A stretch of 64,000 nt of DNA from Dehalococcoidia bacterium (GCA_022820645.1 JAJEFD010000002.1:327796-391795); one strand, 5' to 3'. Shown: positions 52,501 through 62,494, numbered from the stretch's first letter. Notes: generated by a model from the sequence alone, not told the origin. A program made the numbers and translations.

Positions 52501-54324
52501 ATGACCAGCACCGCCCCCCGCCCCATCATCCGTGGCACCAAGACCATCGAGGAGAAGCGGCAGTACGACTACTCCAAGGGCGTACTCCCCTACGTCCCCG
52601 AGGAGGTCGACGACTTCGAGACGGAGGCGACCCGCTACCTCAACGGCGAGTGGCCCACCGAGGAGCAGTTCATCATGTACCGCCTCGTGCGCGGGGTCTA
52701 CGGCCAGCGCCAGCCGGACGTGCAGATGATGCGCATCAAGATCCCCGGCGGCGCGCTCACCCCCGAACACCTCGAGGCGTTCGGCGACGTTGTCAGCGGG
52801 TACGCCCCGCTCAAGAAGGGGCACATCACCACGCGCGAGAACCTGCAGGTCCACTTCGTCAAGCTCGCCGACACCCCGCACGTCATGCGCATCCTCGGCG
52901 ACGCGGGCCTCATCACCCGCGAGGCGTGCGGCAACACCGTCCGCAACGTCGCGGGCGACCCCCTCTCCGGCGTGAAGCTGGAGGAGCCGTTCTACGTCGC
53001 GCCCTATCTCGCGGCCTACGCCCGCTACTTCGTCCGCCACGAGTACACGCAGGCCCTCCCGCGCAAGTGGAAGACCTCCTTCTCCAGCGGCGGCAACGAC
53101 GACGTGGTCGCCGACATCCACGACCTCGCCTTCATCCCCAGGCTCCGCGACCGCGAGGACGGCGGTGAGCCGGAGAAGGGCTTCGAGATGCGCATCGGCG
53201 GCGGCACCTCCATCATGCCCCGCCTCGCCTGGACGCTCTACGACTTCGTGCCCGTCAGCGAGTACCTCAAGGTGGCGGAGGCCGCGATCCGCGTCTTCCA
53301 CCGCACCGACGAGCTCCGCAAGAACCGCATGCGCGCGCGCATCAAGTTCTACGTCGACCGCATCGGCATCGACGCCTTCCGCGAGGAGGTCGAGGAGGAG
53401 ATGCGGGGCGACTGGGCGCAGGCCGACTTCGACCCCACGCCCTGGATGGAGCTTCCGCCCGAGATGATCGACGAGCCCCATGCCCTCGTGCCGGTCGAAG
53501 CGCACGACGAGCCGGAGTTCCTCGCGTGGCGCAGGGACAACGCCCACCCGCAGCAGCAGGACGGCTACTACGCGGTCTACGTCACACTGCCGCTCGGCGA
53601 CATCTACGCGCACCAGTTCCCCGTCCTTGCCGACATCGGGCGCAAGTACGCGGGCGGCATCCGCGCGACCACGGAGCAGAACATCCTCTACCGCTGGGTG
53701 CCGGAGGGCCACCTGTTCGACGTGTGGGCCGCGCTCAAGGCGACCGGCCTCGCCGAGGACGGCGCGAACTCCATCACGGACGTCGTCTCCTGCCCCGGCA
53801 CCGACAGCTGCAAGATGGGCATCACCTCCTCGATGGGCGTTGCCGAGGCGCTGCGCAGCAGCATCCGCAGCCACGGAGTGGACGACCCTGGCATCAAGGG
53901 CCTCCACGTCAAGGTCAGCGGCTGCCCCAACGGCTGCTCGCGTCACCACATCGCCAACATCGGCTTCCACGGCGCGGCCACCAAGGGCGACGGCAACCAG
54001 GTGCCCGCCTACGAGGTCTTCCTCGCGGGCAACTACGGCAACCAGGACCCCGTCCGCTTCGGCCACCGCGTGAAGGCCAAGGTGCCCGCCAAGCGCGTCC
54101 CCGCCTTCATGGACGGCATCCTCGCTCACTACCAGTCGAACCGCGAGGACGGCGAGTCGTTCAACGACTTCGTCGACCGCGTCGGCACCGCCCCGTTCGA
54201 GGAGCTCGCCGGGCAGTTCCGCGAGGTCGGCGCCCTCAACAAGGAGAACCTCGACACCTACATCGACTGGGGCAAGACCATCCTCTACAAGCTGGAGCGC
54301 GGCGAGGGCGAGTGCGCCGTCTAG
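52501..54324 (+). CDS. Sulfite/nitrite reductase hemoprotein (siroheme-[4Fe-4S], ferredoxin-dependent type)
   Basis: AAGAGGAG RBS. Cys clusters CPGTDSCKMG and SGCPNGCSRHH. Duplicated NIR_SIR ferredoxin-like halves. Confidence 0.88.
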   Translation: MTSTAPRPIIRGTKTIEEKRQYDYSKGVLPYVPEEVDDFETEATRYLNGEWPTEEQFIMYRLVRGVYGQRQPDVQMMRIKIPGGALTPEHLEAFGDVVSGYAPLKKGHITTRENLQVHFVKLADTPHVMRILGDAGLITREACGNTVRNVAGDPLSGVKLEEPFYVAPYLAAYARYFVRHEYTQALPRKWKTSFSSGGNDDVVADIHDLAFIPRLRDREDGGEPEKGFEMRIGGGTSIMPRLAWTLYDFVPVSEYLKVAEAAIRVFHRTDELRKNRMRARIKFYVDRIGIDAFREEVEEEMRGDWAQADFDPTPWMELPPEMIDEPHALVPVEAHDEPEFLAWRRDNAHPQQQDGYYAVYVTLPLGDIYAHQFPVLADIGRKYAGGIRATTEQNILYRWVPEGHLFDVWAALKATGLAEDGANSITDVVSCPGTDSCKMGITSSMGVAEALRSSIRSHGVDDPGIKGLHVKVSGCPNGCSRHHIANIGFHGAATKGDGNQVPAYEVFLAGNYGNQDPVRFGHRVKAKVPAKRVPAFMDGILAHYQSNREDGESFNDFVDRVGTAPFEELAGQFREVGALNKENLDTYIDWGKTILYKLERGEGECAV

Positions 54325-54331
54325 CGGCGTT

Positions 54332-54427
54332 TGTCATTCCGAGCGAAGCGCAGCGGAGTCGAGGAATCTCTCACGCGCTTTAGCGCGCCATCTCTCTTCC
54401 TGGGAGAGGGCTGGCGGGTGAGGGCGG
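54332..54427 (-). repeat. REP-like modules (C reversed, H1, H2, D reversed)
   Basis: TGTCATTCCGAGCGAAGCGCAGCGGAGTCGAGGAATCTCTC, then hairpin CGCGCT/AGCGCG, then CTCTC..GAGAG, then GGGTGAGGGCGG. Confidence 0.8.
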
Positions 54428-54545
54428 ACGCACCAGCGCTGAATGACCTCAGGGCGCCCCTCGTGGGCGCCCTTTTCCGTGATTCCCTCATGCTTCTCTG
54501 GTAGAGTCAGGGCATTCGATAGATCTGTGCGCAAGGAGGGCAGCC

Positions 54546-55451
54546 ATGTCGGTAGAAGGTAAGGTCGTACTCATCACCGGAGGCGCGCGCGGGATGGGGC
54601 GCGAGATGGTCCGCGCGTTCCTGAAGGAAGGGGCGAAGGTCGTCGCAACCGACCTCTCGTGGGTGCCCACCGGCGTCTCCAACGACGACTTCGACTTCTT
54701 CGAAGAGATCAGGGAGAACCCCAACGCGCTCGTCTGCACGATGGACATCACGCTCCAGTCGCACGTCGACGAGGCGTACCGGAAGACGATCGAGAAGTTC
54801 GGCACCGTGGACGTCATCATCAACAACGGCGGCACGCGCCAGCGCGACCTCTACCTCGATACCCACGGCAGCGTCACCGTCCTCGAGACCGACATCAGCG
54901 AGTGGGAGAAGATGTTCGGCACGCACGTCTTCGGCAACCTCCGCGTCATCAAGCGGTTCGTCCAGCCGATGATCGAGAAGCGCAGCGGCAGCATCATCAA
55001 CTCCTCGTCCAGCCAGCTGCTCAACGCCCACGCCTCCGGCCAGGGCGAACCCGTCTTCTACGGCCTCAGCCGGGAGGGCGCATACCAGCCCGCCAAGGCC
55101 GCGATGGGCTCCATGACCATCTACCTCGCGAAGGAGCTCCAGCAGTACAACATCGCCGCGAACGTCATGCTCCCCGGCCACACCGCCACCACCGGCTCCG
55201 ACGAACAGGAGCAGGTGCGCCACGAGATACGGATGAAGCTGGGACAGGAGCGGTCCAACTGGACGCCGCGCCGCGTGCGGGCCGACAACGTCGTCCCTCT
55301 CGCGCTTCACCTCGCCGAGCAGGACGGCAGCGGCATCACCGGGCGCTGGATCAGCTGCATGGGCTTCAACGAGGAGCAGGGCCTCGGCGGCTTTGAGACC
55401 TGGGGCCACCCCGACGACGTCGCGGCAGCCCGCGCCGCCGGCACCCTCTGA
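54546..55451 (+). CDS. Short-chain dehydrogenase/reductase
   Basis: GKVVLITGGARGMGRE, NNGG, YQPAKAA. Confidence 0.85.
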   Translation: MSVEGKVVLITGGARGMGREMVRAFLKEGAKVVATDLSWVPTGVSNDDFDFFEEIRENPNALVCTMDITLQSHVDEAYRKTIEKFGTVDVIINNGGTRQRDLYLDTHGSVTVLETDISEWEKMFGTHVFGNLRVIKRFVQPMIEKRSGSIINSSSSQLLNAHASGQGEPVFYGLSREGAYQPAKAAMGSMTIYLAKELQQYNIAANVMLPGHTATTGSDEQEQVRHEIRMKLGQERSNWTPRRVRADNVVPLALHLAEQDGSGITGRWISCMGFNEEQGLGGFETWGHPDDVAAARAAGTL

Positions 55452-55463
55452 ACATGCGTGGTT

Positions 55464-55498
55464 CCCTCTCCTGAGGGAGAGGGTCAGGGTGAGGGCCC
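55464..55498. repeat. REP-like element (H2 + D reversed) between convergent genes
   Basis: CCCTCTCC-TGA-GGGAGAGGG, then TCAGGGTGAGGGCCC. Confidence 0.75.
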
Positions 55499-55517
55499 TC
55501 GGCGGGGGTGGAACCGG

Positions 55518-56828
55518 CTAGCCTGGGACCCTGAGCTTCGCCTCGGGGATCTCGTTGGACCTGGCGTTCAGCCACTCCTCCAACTGGTCGAGCCAGTCCG
55601 CGCCCTTCGGCAGCGTCGCCGACGTCGTCCGCACGCGGTACCACTCCGGGTTGTCGACGCCGGGCGGCGTCACGCCCAGGTCGCGGAGCTCCCGCGCCGC
55701 GCGGATCAGCCTGCGCCGCACCCGGATGATCATCGCGTCGGAGGTGCCCAGGTGCTCCTGCGTCCGGTCGTAGATCGGCCCCATGCTCTCGGTCGCGGCC
55801 TGGTCCTGCAGCGGTATGGTCGGGATGCCGGTGAACGTCTTCTCCCGCTGCGCCTCACGGTCCTGCCCGTAGTGGTTGCTCCGGTTCAACGCGGGCCGCC
55901 ACCAGGAGAGGCTGTCGGCCTCCTTCGGCAAGAACTCGCCGACGCCGCTGCCGCCGCGCGCCATCGCGCCCGTCGGCCCCATCAGCGATTCGAGCGACGT
56001 CACCGGGTTCCACAGCACCGTCCAGACGATGGTGTGGTAGTCGTCCATCGGCACCCAGATGTGCCCCGGCACGGTTCCGTCCGGGTAGCCGGGGAAGAGC
56101 GTGTGGATGGGGAACATGAACTGCGTCACGCGCCAGTACGTCGTCTCGGGGTCCTCCTCGCGGTTCGCCGCGTAGACGACGCCGTAGTTCGTCGGCACCA
56201 CTTCCAGCTTCGGGTGCTTGTCCTCGTGCCACACGCCCACGGAGGGCGGGTCGGCAGGGTTCAGTCTCCCGTGCAGGAAGTAGAGGTGGCTCGTGTCGAT
56301 GTCTCCTTCCAGTGCCTGCACCCAGTTGCACTCCCGCTGGAACGGCGTAAGCCGCCGGTGCGATTCCGGCACCGACATCCACTCGAGGTCGGGCAGCGGC
56401 GGCGGCGTCTCGCGAGGGCCCATGTAGGTCCACACCATGCCGCCCGCCTCGATGCAGGGGTACGCCCGCTGCCGCACCTTGGTCTTGAAGTTGCTTGCCG
56501 CAGGCTCGTTGGGCATGTCCACGCACTGGCCGGTCACGTCGTACTTCCAGCCGTGGTAGATGCAGCGGATGCCGTCTTCCTCGTTGCGGCCGTAGAAGAG
56601 CGAGCACCCGCGGTGCGAGCAGTTCTCCGCCATCAGACCGACCCGTCCGCTCGTGTCCCGCAGTATGACGAGGTCCTCACCCAGCAGCCGGATGCGCTCC
56701 GGGCTGCTGTCGCGTTCAGGCAGGTCGGATGAGCGCATGACCGGCGTCCAGTACTGCCGGATCATCTCGCCCATCGGCGTGCCGGGGCCAACGCGAGTCA
56801 TCAGCTCATTGTCTTCACGAGTCAACAT
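55518..56828 (-). CDS. Rieske [2Fe-2S] non-heme-iron oxygenase, alpha-subunit type
   Basis: CSHRGCSLFYGRNEEDGIRCIYHGW and EGDIDTSHLYFLH motifs. Confidence 0.88.
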   Translation of the reverse strand: MLTREDNELMTRVGPGTPMGEMIRQYWTPVMRSSDLPERDSSPERIRLLGEDLVILRDTSGRVGLMAENCSHRGCSLFYGRNEEDGIRCIYHGWKYDVTGQCVDMPNEPAASNFKTKVRQRAYPCIEAGGMVWTYMGPRETPPPLPDLEWMSVPESHRRLTPFQRECNWVQALEGDIDTSHLYFLHGRLNPADPPSVGVWHEDKHPKLEVVPTNYGVVYAANREEDPETTYWRVTQFMFPIHTLFPGYPDGTVPGHIWVPMDDYHTIVWTVLWNPVTSLESLMGPTGAMARGGSGVGEFLPKEADSLSWWRPALNRSNHYGQDREAQREKTFTGIPTIPLQDQAATESMGPIYDRTQEHLGTSDAMIIRVRRRLIRAARELRDLGVTPPGVDNPEWYRVRTTSATLPKGADWLDQLEEWLNARSNEIPEAKLRVPG

Positions 56829-56881
56829 CGGTTCCTCCCGCGCAGCAGCTTCTATGCCCGTCCATCCATGCGTCTCCCATG

Positions 56882-56910
56882 AATGTATGGATTGCCATTT
56901 CCCCTGTCAA
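56882..56910 (-). promoter_or_regulatory. Candidate promoter TTGACA-N17-TACATT (minus strand) for the Rieske gene 55518..56828
   Basis: Read on the reverse complement. GGGAGGAA RBS lies downstream. Confidence 0.4.
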
Positions 56911-56967
56911 TGCGCGTGAATCGTACCGCTACGCCCTGCGCGATGCAGGTATCCTCCGATCCTTATA

Positions 56968-56996
56968 TTGACTTTACCCGTGTGCTGGGCTAGTTT
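56968..56996 (+). promoter_or_regulatory. Candidate promoter TTGACT-N17-TAGTTT for the Rieske gene 57045..58316
   Basis: Divergent partner of the minus-strand promoter. GAGGAG RBS lies downstream. Confidence 0.35.
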
Positions 56997-57044
56997 GCCC
57001 TCAGGGTACGGTCGGCGGAGACGACGCTGCGAGGAGAAACAGCG

Positions 57045-58316
57045 ATGCTCAGCCCGGAAGACAATGCGCTACTCACCCAGACGGGGCCGGGGACGCCGGG
57101 CGGCGAGATGCTCCGCCGCTACTGGCACCCTGTCGCCCTCGCTGAGGAGTTGCCGCCCGGTAGCGCTCCCCTGCACGTGCGAATCCTCGGCGAAGACCTC
57201 GCGCTCTTCCGCAACCAGTACGGGGAGCTCGGCCTGCTCGGCATCCACTGCTCGCACCGCGCCGCCGACCTGAGCTACGGACGCATCGAGGACGGCGGGC
57301 TGCGCTTCCTCTACCACGGCTGGCTGTACGACGTCCATGGCAACTGCCTCGAACAGCCCGGGGAGCCGGAGGGCAGCACCTTCAAGGAGAAGGTCAAGCA
57401 CCCCGCCTACCCGTGCGTCGAAGCCGGCGACCTCATCCTCGCCTACATGGGCCCCGGCGAGCCGCCGCTGCTCCCTGCCTACGAGTTCCTGACTGCCCCC
57501 GTGGAGTCCGTCTTTACGTCCAAGGTCCTCTCCGCGTGCAACTACCTGCAGGGCAACGAGGGCAACATAGACCCCGTGCACCTCTCCTACCTCCACCGCT
57601 TCCTGCGCGAGGACGAGCGGGCGCGCGCGGTCGTGGGCGGCACTGGCTCCTCCAACTCCTACTTCACCCACGACGTGAGCCCGACGATCGAGGTGGAGGA
57701 GACCTTCTTCGGGCTGCGCATATTCTCCGTACGCGACGGCGGTGACGGCGCGAGTTACGTGCGCGTGACCAACTTCGTCTACCCCAACATGGCGCCGAAC
57801 CCGCAAGGCGTGGACGGCTTCAACATCAACTGGCACGTCCCCATAGACGACACCCACCACTGGAAGTTCCGCGTCAACTTCAAGCGCGGCGGCCCGCTGG
57901 ACAAGGAGCAACTTCGCGAGGACTTCTACGCCCAGATGGGCGACGGCTGGGTGCCGCACCGGAACATATCCAACCGCTTCATGCAGGACCGCGAGGAGAT
58001 GGTCGCCACGAGTTTCATCGGCATGGGCCGCTTCTTCGTCGTGCACGACCAGTACGCAACCGAGACGCAGGGAGCGGTACAGGACCGCTCGGTGGAGCAC
58101 CTCGGCACCACGGACAAGGCCATCGCCGCACACCGCCGCCTGCTGCTGCAGGCTATCCGCGCCGTACAGGACGGCGCAGAACCGCCCAACGTGACGCACG
58201 ACCCTGCCCGCAACGACTACGAGGACCTGATCTGCGCGGACGCCATCGTGCCCGCGGGCGAAGACTGGCGCGCTTCGTGGAGGAAGTACCTGAAAGTGGG
58301 GGCTGCCGCGCGCTGA
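57045..58316 (+). CDS. Rieske-type oxygenase alpha-subunit paralogue with a degenerate Rieske motif (third ligand Cys replaced by Phe)
   Basis: CSHRAADLSYGRIEDGGLRFLYHGW aligns residue for residue with the other two paralogues but has TTC (F88) where they have TGC. The iron motif NEGNIDPVHLSYLH is intact. Confidence 0.8.
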   Translation: MLSPEDNALLTQTGPGTPGGEMLRRYWHPVALAEELPPGSAPLHVRILGEDLALFRNQYGELGLLGIHCSHRAADLSYGRIEDGGLRFLYHGWLYDVHGNCLEQPGEPEGSTFKEKVKHPAYPCVEAGDLILAYMGPGEPPLLPAYEFLTAPVESVFTSKVLSACNYLQGNEGNIDPVHLSYLHRFLREDERARAVVGGTGSSNSYFTHDVSPTIEVEETFFGLRIFSVRDGGDGASYVRVTNFVYPNMAPNPQGVDGFNINWHVPIDDTHHWKFRVNFKRGGPLDKEQLREDFYAQMGDGWVPHRNISNRFMQDREEMVATSFIGMGRFFVVHDQYATETQGAVQDRSVEHLGTTDKAIAAHRRLLLQAIRAVQDGAEPPNVTHDPARNDYEDLICADAIVPAGEDWRASWRKYLKVGAAAR

Positions 58317-58374
58317 CGCGCACCCCTTGCCCTCGAACACAACACCGCACTACACGAACAGGGAGGAAACCACG

Positions 58375-59592
58375 ATGCGGTTACGACGTACTTTGTTAGT
58401 GACACTGCTGGCGGCCATGACCGCGCTGCTGGCTGCCTGTGGAGCGGACCCCACTGCCACGCCAACCCCCGCTCCCACGCCAACGCCGATGCCTGAAGCC
58501 ACGCCCACGCCGATGCCGGTGCAGGTGGCAACGGCAACGCCGACGCCGTCGCGCCCCGAGTGGGAGATCCGGTGGGAAGAGACCGTCGCCGCGGCGGAAG
58601 AGGAAGGCAAAGTGGTCGTCACCTCCTGCGGAGGCGAGGGCCGCCGCCGCGCCATGAACGAGGGCTGGGCCGAGCAGTTCCCGAACATCACACTGGAACA
58701 CCAGCCGTTCAACAGCCGCGACCTCTGGCCGCTCGTCGTCCGCGAGGCCGGGTTCGGACAGCACAACTTCGACATCCGCATCGGCGGCGCCGACACCACG
58801 ACGTTCAGCGCGATGCACACCAACAGCACCCATGCGCCGCTGGACTTCGACGAGTGGTTCATCCTGCCGGAGGTCCGCGACCCGGACGTCTGGCTCGGCG
58901 GCATAGACGGCGTCTGGCTGGACAAGACCAAGCAGTTCGCCTGGCCCATCGTCCTCACCTCCTCGGCGGGAGACAGCTTCTGGGTCAACCGGGACATCAT
59001 CCCCGAGTCGGAGCTCAACTCCGTCGAGCAGATCGTCGACCCGAAGTGGAAGGGACAGATCATCGCCCTCAGCTCCGAAGGCGGGGCAGCCCAGAACACG
59101 ATGATGATGCAGATGCTCCAGTACGGAGAGGACTGGCTCAACGACCTTCTCGCGAACGAACCCGTCGTGATACGCGACCACCGCCAGCAGATCGAGTTCC
59201 TGCTCCGCGGGCAGTACGCGATAGCGACTACCGTCGACACCAACGCGCTCCGCGACTTCATCGCGGAAGGCGTCGACCTCAGCCACATCGAATCTCTCGC
59301 GGAGGAGGCCCCGAGCCTCAGCAACGCCTGCGAATCGCTCCAGTTGCACAACAACATGCCCCACCCCAACGCCGCGAAGGTCTACGTCAACTGGCTGCTC
59401 ACCAAGGAGCACCAGCAGTTGTGGAACGAGGCGGTGCCCACGAACAGCCGCCGCAAGGACGTCGAGTGCGGCCGCTGCAACCTGACCGTGACGGAAGAAG
59501 ACCTCACGACGTTCCGGCTCAGCCAGGACGAGGCGCTCGCGGAAGACCGCGCCCGGTTCACGGAACTGGTACAGGGCGTCCTGATACAGTAA
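58375..59592 (+). CDS. ABC transporter substrate-binding lipoprotein (family 1, Fe(III)/polyamine/thiamine-like fold)
   Basis: GGGAGGA RBS. Lipobox LAAC and a Thr/Pro linker. Followed by the ATPase and a two-module permease. Confidence 0.7.
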   Translation: MRLRRTLLVTLLAAMTALLAACGADPTATPTPAPTPTPMPEATPTPMPVQVATATPTPSRPEWEIRWEETVAAAEEEGKVVVTSCGGEGRRRAMNEGWAEQFPNITLEHQPFNSRDLWPLVVREAGFGQHNFDIRIGGADTTTFSAMHTNSTHAPLDFDEWFILPEVRDPDVWLGGIDGVWLDKTKQFAWPIVLTSSAGDSFWVNRDIIPESELNSVEQIVDPKWKGQIIALSSEGGAAQNTMMMQMLQYGEDWLNDLLANEPVVIRDHRQQIEFLLRGQYAIATTVDTNALRDFIAEGVDLSHIESLAEEAPSLSNACESLQLHNNMPHPNAAKVYVNWLLTKEHQQLWNEAVPTNSRRKDVECGRCNLTVTEEDLTTFRLSQDEALAEDRARFTELVQGVLIQ

Positions 59593-59601
59593 GGCTGACC
59601 A

Positions 59602-59634
59602 CTGCCGGTGAGGCGTGATGCGCCTCACCGGCAG
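59602..59634 (+). promoter_or_regulatory. 14-bp perfect stem-loop CTGCCGGTGAGGCG-N5-CGCCTCACCGGCAG after the binding-protein gene
   Basis: Read from the sequence. Weak T-rich tail (ACGGCTTTCCC). Confidence 0.5.
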
Positions 59635-59678
59635 ACGGCTTTCCCGATCGGCTCGCTGAGTACCACGCCGGGGTTTCG

Positions 59679-60779
59679 ATGTCGGACAGCATCCTCCAAC
59701 TGGACCGTGTGAGCAGGACCTTCGGCACAACCAAGGCTGTCGACCAGGTCTCGCTCGACGTGCAGGCGGGAGAGATATTCACGCTGCTCGGGCCGAGCGG
59801 CTGCGGGAAGACGACGACCCTCCGCCTCGTTGCCGGCCTCGAGCAGCCCGACAACGGCGAGATATGGGTCCGCGACCGGCTGGTCGCTTCCGTCCCCCGC
59901 AACACGTTCGTCCCGCCCCACCAGCGCATGATGGGTATGGTGTTCCAGTCCTACGCCATCTGGCCGCACATGAACGTCTTCGACAATGTCAGCTACCCGC
60001 TCCGCATCCGGCGGATGAAGCGCGCCGAGATACGGGAGCGCGTGGAGCGCGTGCTCAACCTCGTCGGCCTGGACGGCCTCGAGTCCCGCCCCGCGCCGAT
60101 GCTCAGCGGAGGCCAGCAACAGCGCGTTGCGCTCGCCCGCGCCCTCATCTACGAACCCGCCGTTCTGTTGCTCGACGAGCCGTTCAGCAACCTCGACTCG
60201 AAACTGCGGGAGCAGATGCGCGTCGAGGTGAAGCAACTCCAGAAGACGCTCGGCATCACCGTCCTGTTCGTGACGCACGATCAGACGGAAGCGCTCAGCC
60301 TCTCGGACCGCATAGCGGTCATGAGCGACGGGCACGCCATCCAGGTCGCCGAACCGAAGGTGCTCTACGAACAGCCCGAGGACTCCTTCGTGCGCGACTT
60401 CCTCGGCAAGATGCTGAAGCTCTCCGGCACCGTCGTCTCCGTGGACGGTTCCGGCAAGCTCGAAGTGAGCATCGACGGCGGTTCGCAGAGCGTGATCGCG
60501 GGAGCGCACGTGTCGAAGGACCTGGTCGTGGGGAACGCCGCGACCCTATCGGTGCGTCCGGAAGACGTGATCGTTGGCGGAGAGCCCGGGGCCGAGTCCA
60601 ACCTGCTGGAAGGCACCATCGAGAACCTGCTGTTCGTCGGCGACCGGTACGAGTGCTACCTGCAGCTCGCGGGAAACGCGGTGATGATCTCGCTCCCGCG
60701 GGACACCCGGAAGAAGGAAGGAGACCCCCTCACCGTCTACCTGCCCGAAGGAGCAGTCAGCGCATGGCAACCCGAATAG
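59679..60779 (+). CDS. ABC transporter ATP-binding protein (PotA/FbpC/MalK type with C-terminal regulatory domain)
   Basis: Walker A GPSGCGKTT, signature LSGGQQQRVALARAL, Walker B LLLDEPFSNLD. Confidence 0.9.
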   Translation: MSDSILQLDRVSRTFGTTKAVDQVSLDVQAGEIFTLLGPSGCGKTTTLRLVAGLEQPDNGEIWVRDRLVASVPRNTFVPPHQRMMGMVFQSYAIWPHMNVFDNVSYPLRIRRMKRAEIRERVERVLNLVGLDGLESRPAPMLSGGQQQRVALARALIYEPAVLLLDEPFSNLDSKLREQMRVEVKQLQKTLGITVLFVTHDQTEALSLSDRIAVMSDGHAIQVAEPKVLYEQPEDSFVRDFLGKMLKLSGTVVSVDGSGKLEVSIDGGSQSVIAGAHVSKDLVVGNAATLSVRPEDVIVGGEPGAESNLLEGTIENLLFVGDRYECYLQLAGNAVMISLPRDTRKKEGDPLTVYLPEGAVSAWQPE

Positions 60780-62491
60780 GCCAGCTGCGCCCGGCGCTGC
60801 TCAGGGTAGAGGTCAAGACGGTCCTCTTCATGATCGTCATCATGTGGGTGGGCGTCATCGTCCTCTACCCCATCCTCCTGCTCTTCGTGGACAGCTTCAA
60901 GATCGGCGACGGCGTCTTCACCCCGCGCGCCGGATGGGGCATCTCCAACTGGGTGTCCGCCTACCAGAACCCCGGTCTCATCCAGGCCCTGTGGAACACC
61001 ATCCTCATCGTCGTCATCGTCCAGACGATAGCGACCCCCATCGGCATCACGCTCGCCTGGCTCACGGCCCGCACCGACCTCCCGGGCAAGGAGTGGATAG
61101 ACCTCGCCTTCTGGGTCGCCTTCTTCCTCCCCACGCTGCCTGTCGTGCTCGGCTACATCCTGCTCCTCGCGCCCGAGTTCGGGCTGCTCAACCAGGCGTG
61201 GGCGGGGCTGTTCGGCGGCAGCGGCCCCTTCAACATCTACTCGATGGCCGGCATCGTCTGGCTGCACCTCGTCACGAAGACGATCGCCGTCAAAGCCATC
61301 CTCCTGCGCCCCGTGTTCCAGAACATGGACGCCTCGCTGGAGGAGGCCGCGAGGGTCTGCGGCACCAGCGGTCCGTTCACCCTCGTGCGGATCGTCATGC
61401 CCATCATGACTCCGGCCATCATGACGGTCGTCCTGCTCGGCATCCTGTTCGGACTTGAGAGCTTCGAGATCGAGCGTGTCGTCGGTCCCCCTATCCAGTT
61501 CTTCAACTACGGAACGTTCATCTTCCGCGAGGTCGCCAAGCAGCCGCCCTCGTTCGCCAACGCCACGGCGCTGGGCGTCTCGGTGCTGGTGCTCATGACG
61601 CCGCTGATCCTCCTGCAGCAGTGGAACGCCAGGCGCAGGCGCTACACCACCATCACCGGCCAGTTCAAGCCCCAGCTCTTCCCGCTCGGCAAGTTCCGCT
61701 GGGCCGCGTTCGCCGGTGCGATGTTCTTCATCAGCCTCATCACCGTCGTGCCGCTGAGCATGATGATGCTCGGCACCTTCATGAAGCTGTTCGGGTTCTT
61801 CGACGTGACGGGCTCTCCGTTCACCATGGAGAACTGGACGGACGTCCTGGCCGACCCCATCTTCCTCAGTTCGGTGAAGAACACGCTCATCATCGCCTTC
61901 GGCGCCGCGGGCGTCGCGATGACGGTCTACTCCACGGTCGCCTACATCGTCGTCAGGACCCGCTTCATCGGGCGGCACGTCCTGGACTTCGTCTCCTGGA
62001 TGCCCATCACGATCCCCGGCATCGTCCTCGGTCTCGGCCTCATGCTCGTGCTCCTGAACATCCCGCTGCTCCGGCCGCTCTTCGGCACCCACTGGGCGCT
62101 CATAGCCGCCGTCTCGGTGACCTCGATGACCATCGGCGTGCAGCTGCTCAAGAGCAACCTGCTGCAGATCAGCGCCGAACTGGAAGAGGCCTCGTGGCTC
62201 GCGGGCGCGGGCTGGCTCTACACGTTCAGACGCATCGTGCTTCCGCTCATGGCGCCGACGCTCATCGCCGTGGGGACGCTCGCGTTCGTCGGCGCAACGC
62301 GCGCGGTGAGCCACATCGCCATCCTCACCACGTCGTCGACCCGGCCGCTGGCCATCCTCCAGCTCGACCACATCATCGACGGCCGCTTCGAGGAAGCATC
62401 GGTCGTCGGGGCGCTCATCGTTTTCATGACGCTCGGCATCGCGGTCGTCGCCCGCTACTTCGGCCTCAACATGGGCGTACAGCGGGGATAG
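60764..62491 (+). CDS. ABC transporter permease, duplicated (12-TM) FbpB/ThiP-like
   Basis: 16-nt overlap with the ATPase gene. Two EAA-type loops (LEEAARVCG, LEEASWLAGAG). Confidence 0.8.
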   Translation: MATRIGQLRPALLRVEVKTVLFMIVIMWVGVIVLYPILLLFVDSFKIGDGVFTPRAGWGISNWVSAYQNPGLIQALWNTILIVVIVQTIATPIGITLAWLTARTDLPGKEWIDLAFWVAFFLPTLPVVLGYILLLAPEFGLLNQAWAGLFGGSGPFNIYSMAGIVWLHLVTKTIAVKAILLRPVFQNMDASLEEAARVCGTSGPFTLVRIVMPIMTPAIMTVVLLGILFGLESFEIERVVGPPIQFFNYGTFIFREVAKQPPSFANATALGVSVLVLMTPLILLQQWNARRRRYTTITGQFKPQLFPLGKFRWAAFAGAMFFISLITVVPLSMMMLGTFMKLFGFFDVTGSPFTMENWTDVLADPIFLSSVKNTLIIAFGAAGVAMTVYSTVAYIVVRTRFIGRHVLDFVSWMPITIPGIVLGLGLMLVLLNIPLLRPLFGTHWALIAAVSVTSMTIGVQLLKSNLLQISAELEEASWLAGAGWLYTFRRIVLPLMAPTLIAVGTLAFVGATRAVSHIAILTTSSTRPLAILQLDHIIDGRFEEASVVGALIVFMTLGIAVVARYFGLNMGVQRG

Positions 62492-62494
62492 CGC

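Noticed and set aside
8411-55498. CRISPR array formed by the recurring palindromic repeats
   Set aside because: The copies are scattered singly or in mixed modules between genes, are not regularly spaced, have no unique spacers of constant length, and no cas genes are present.
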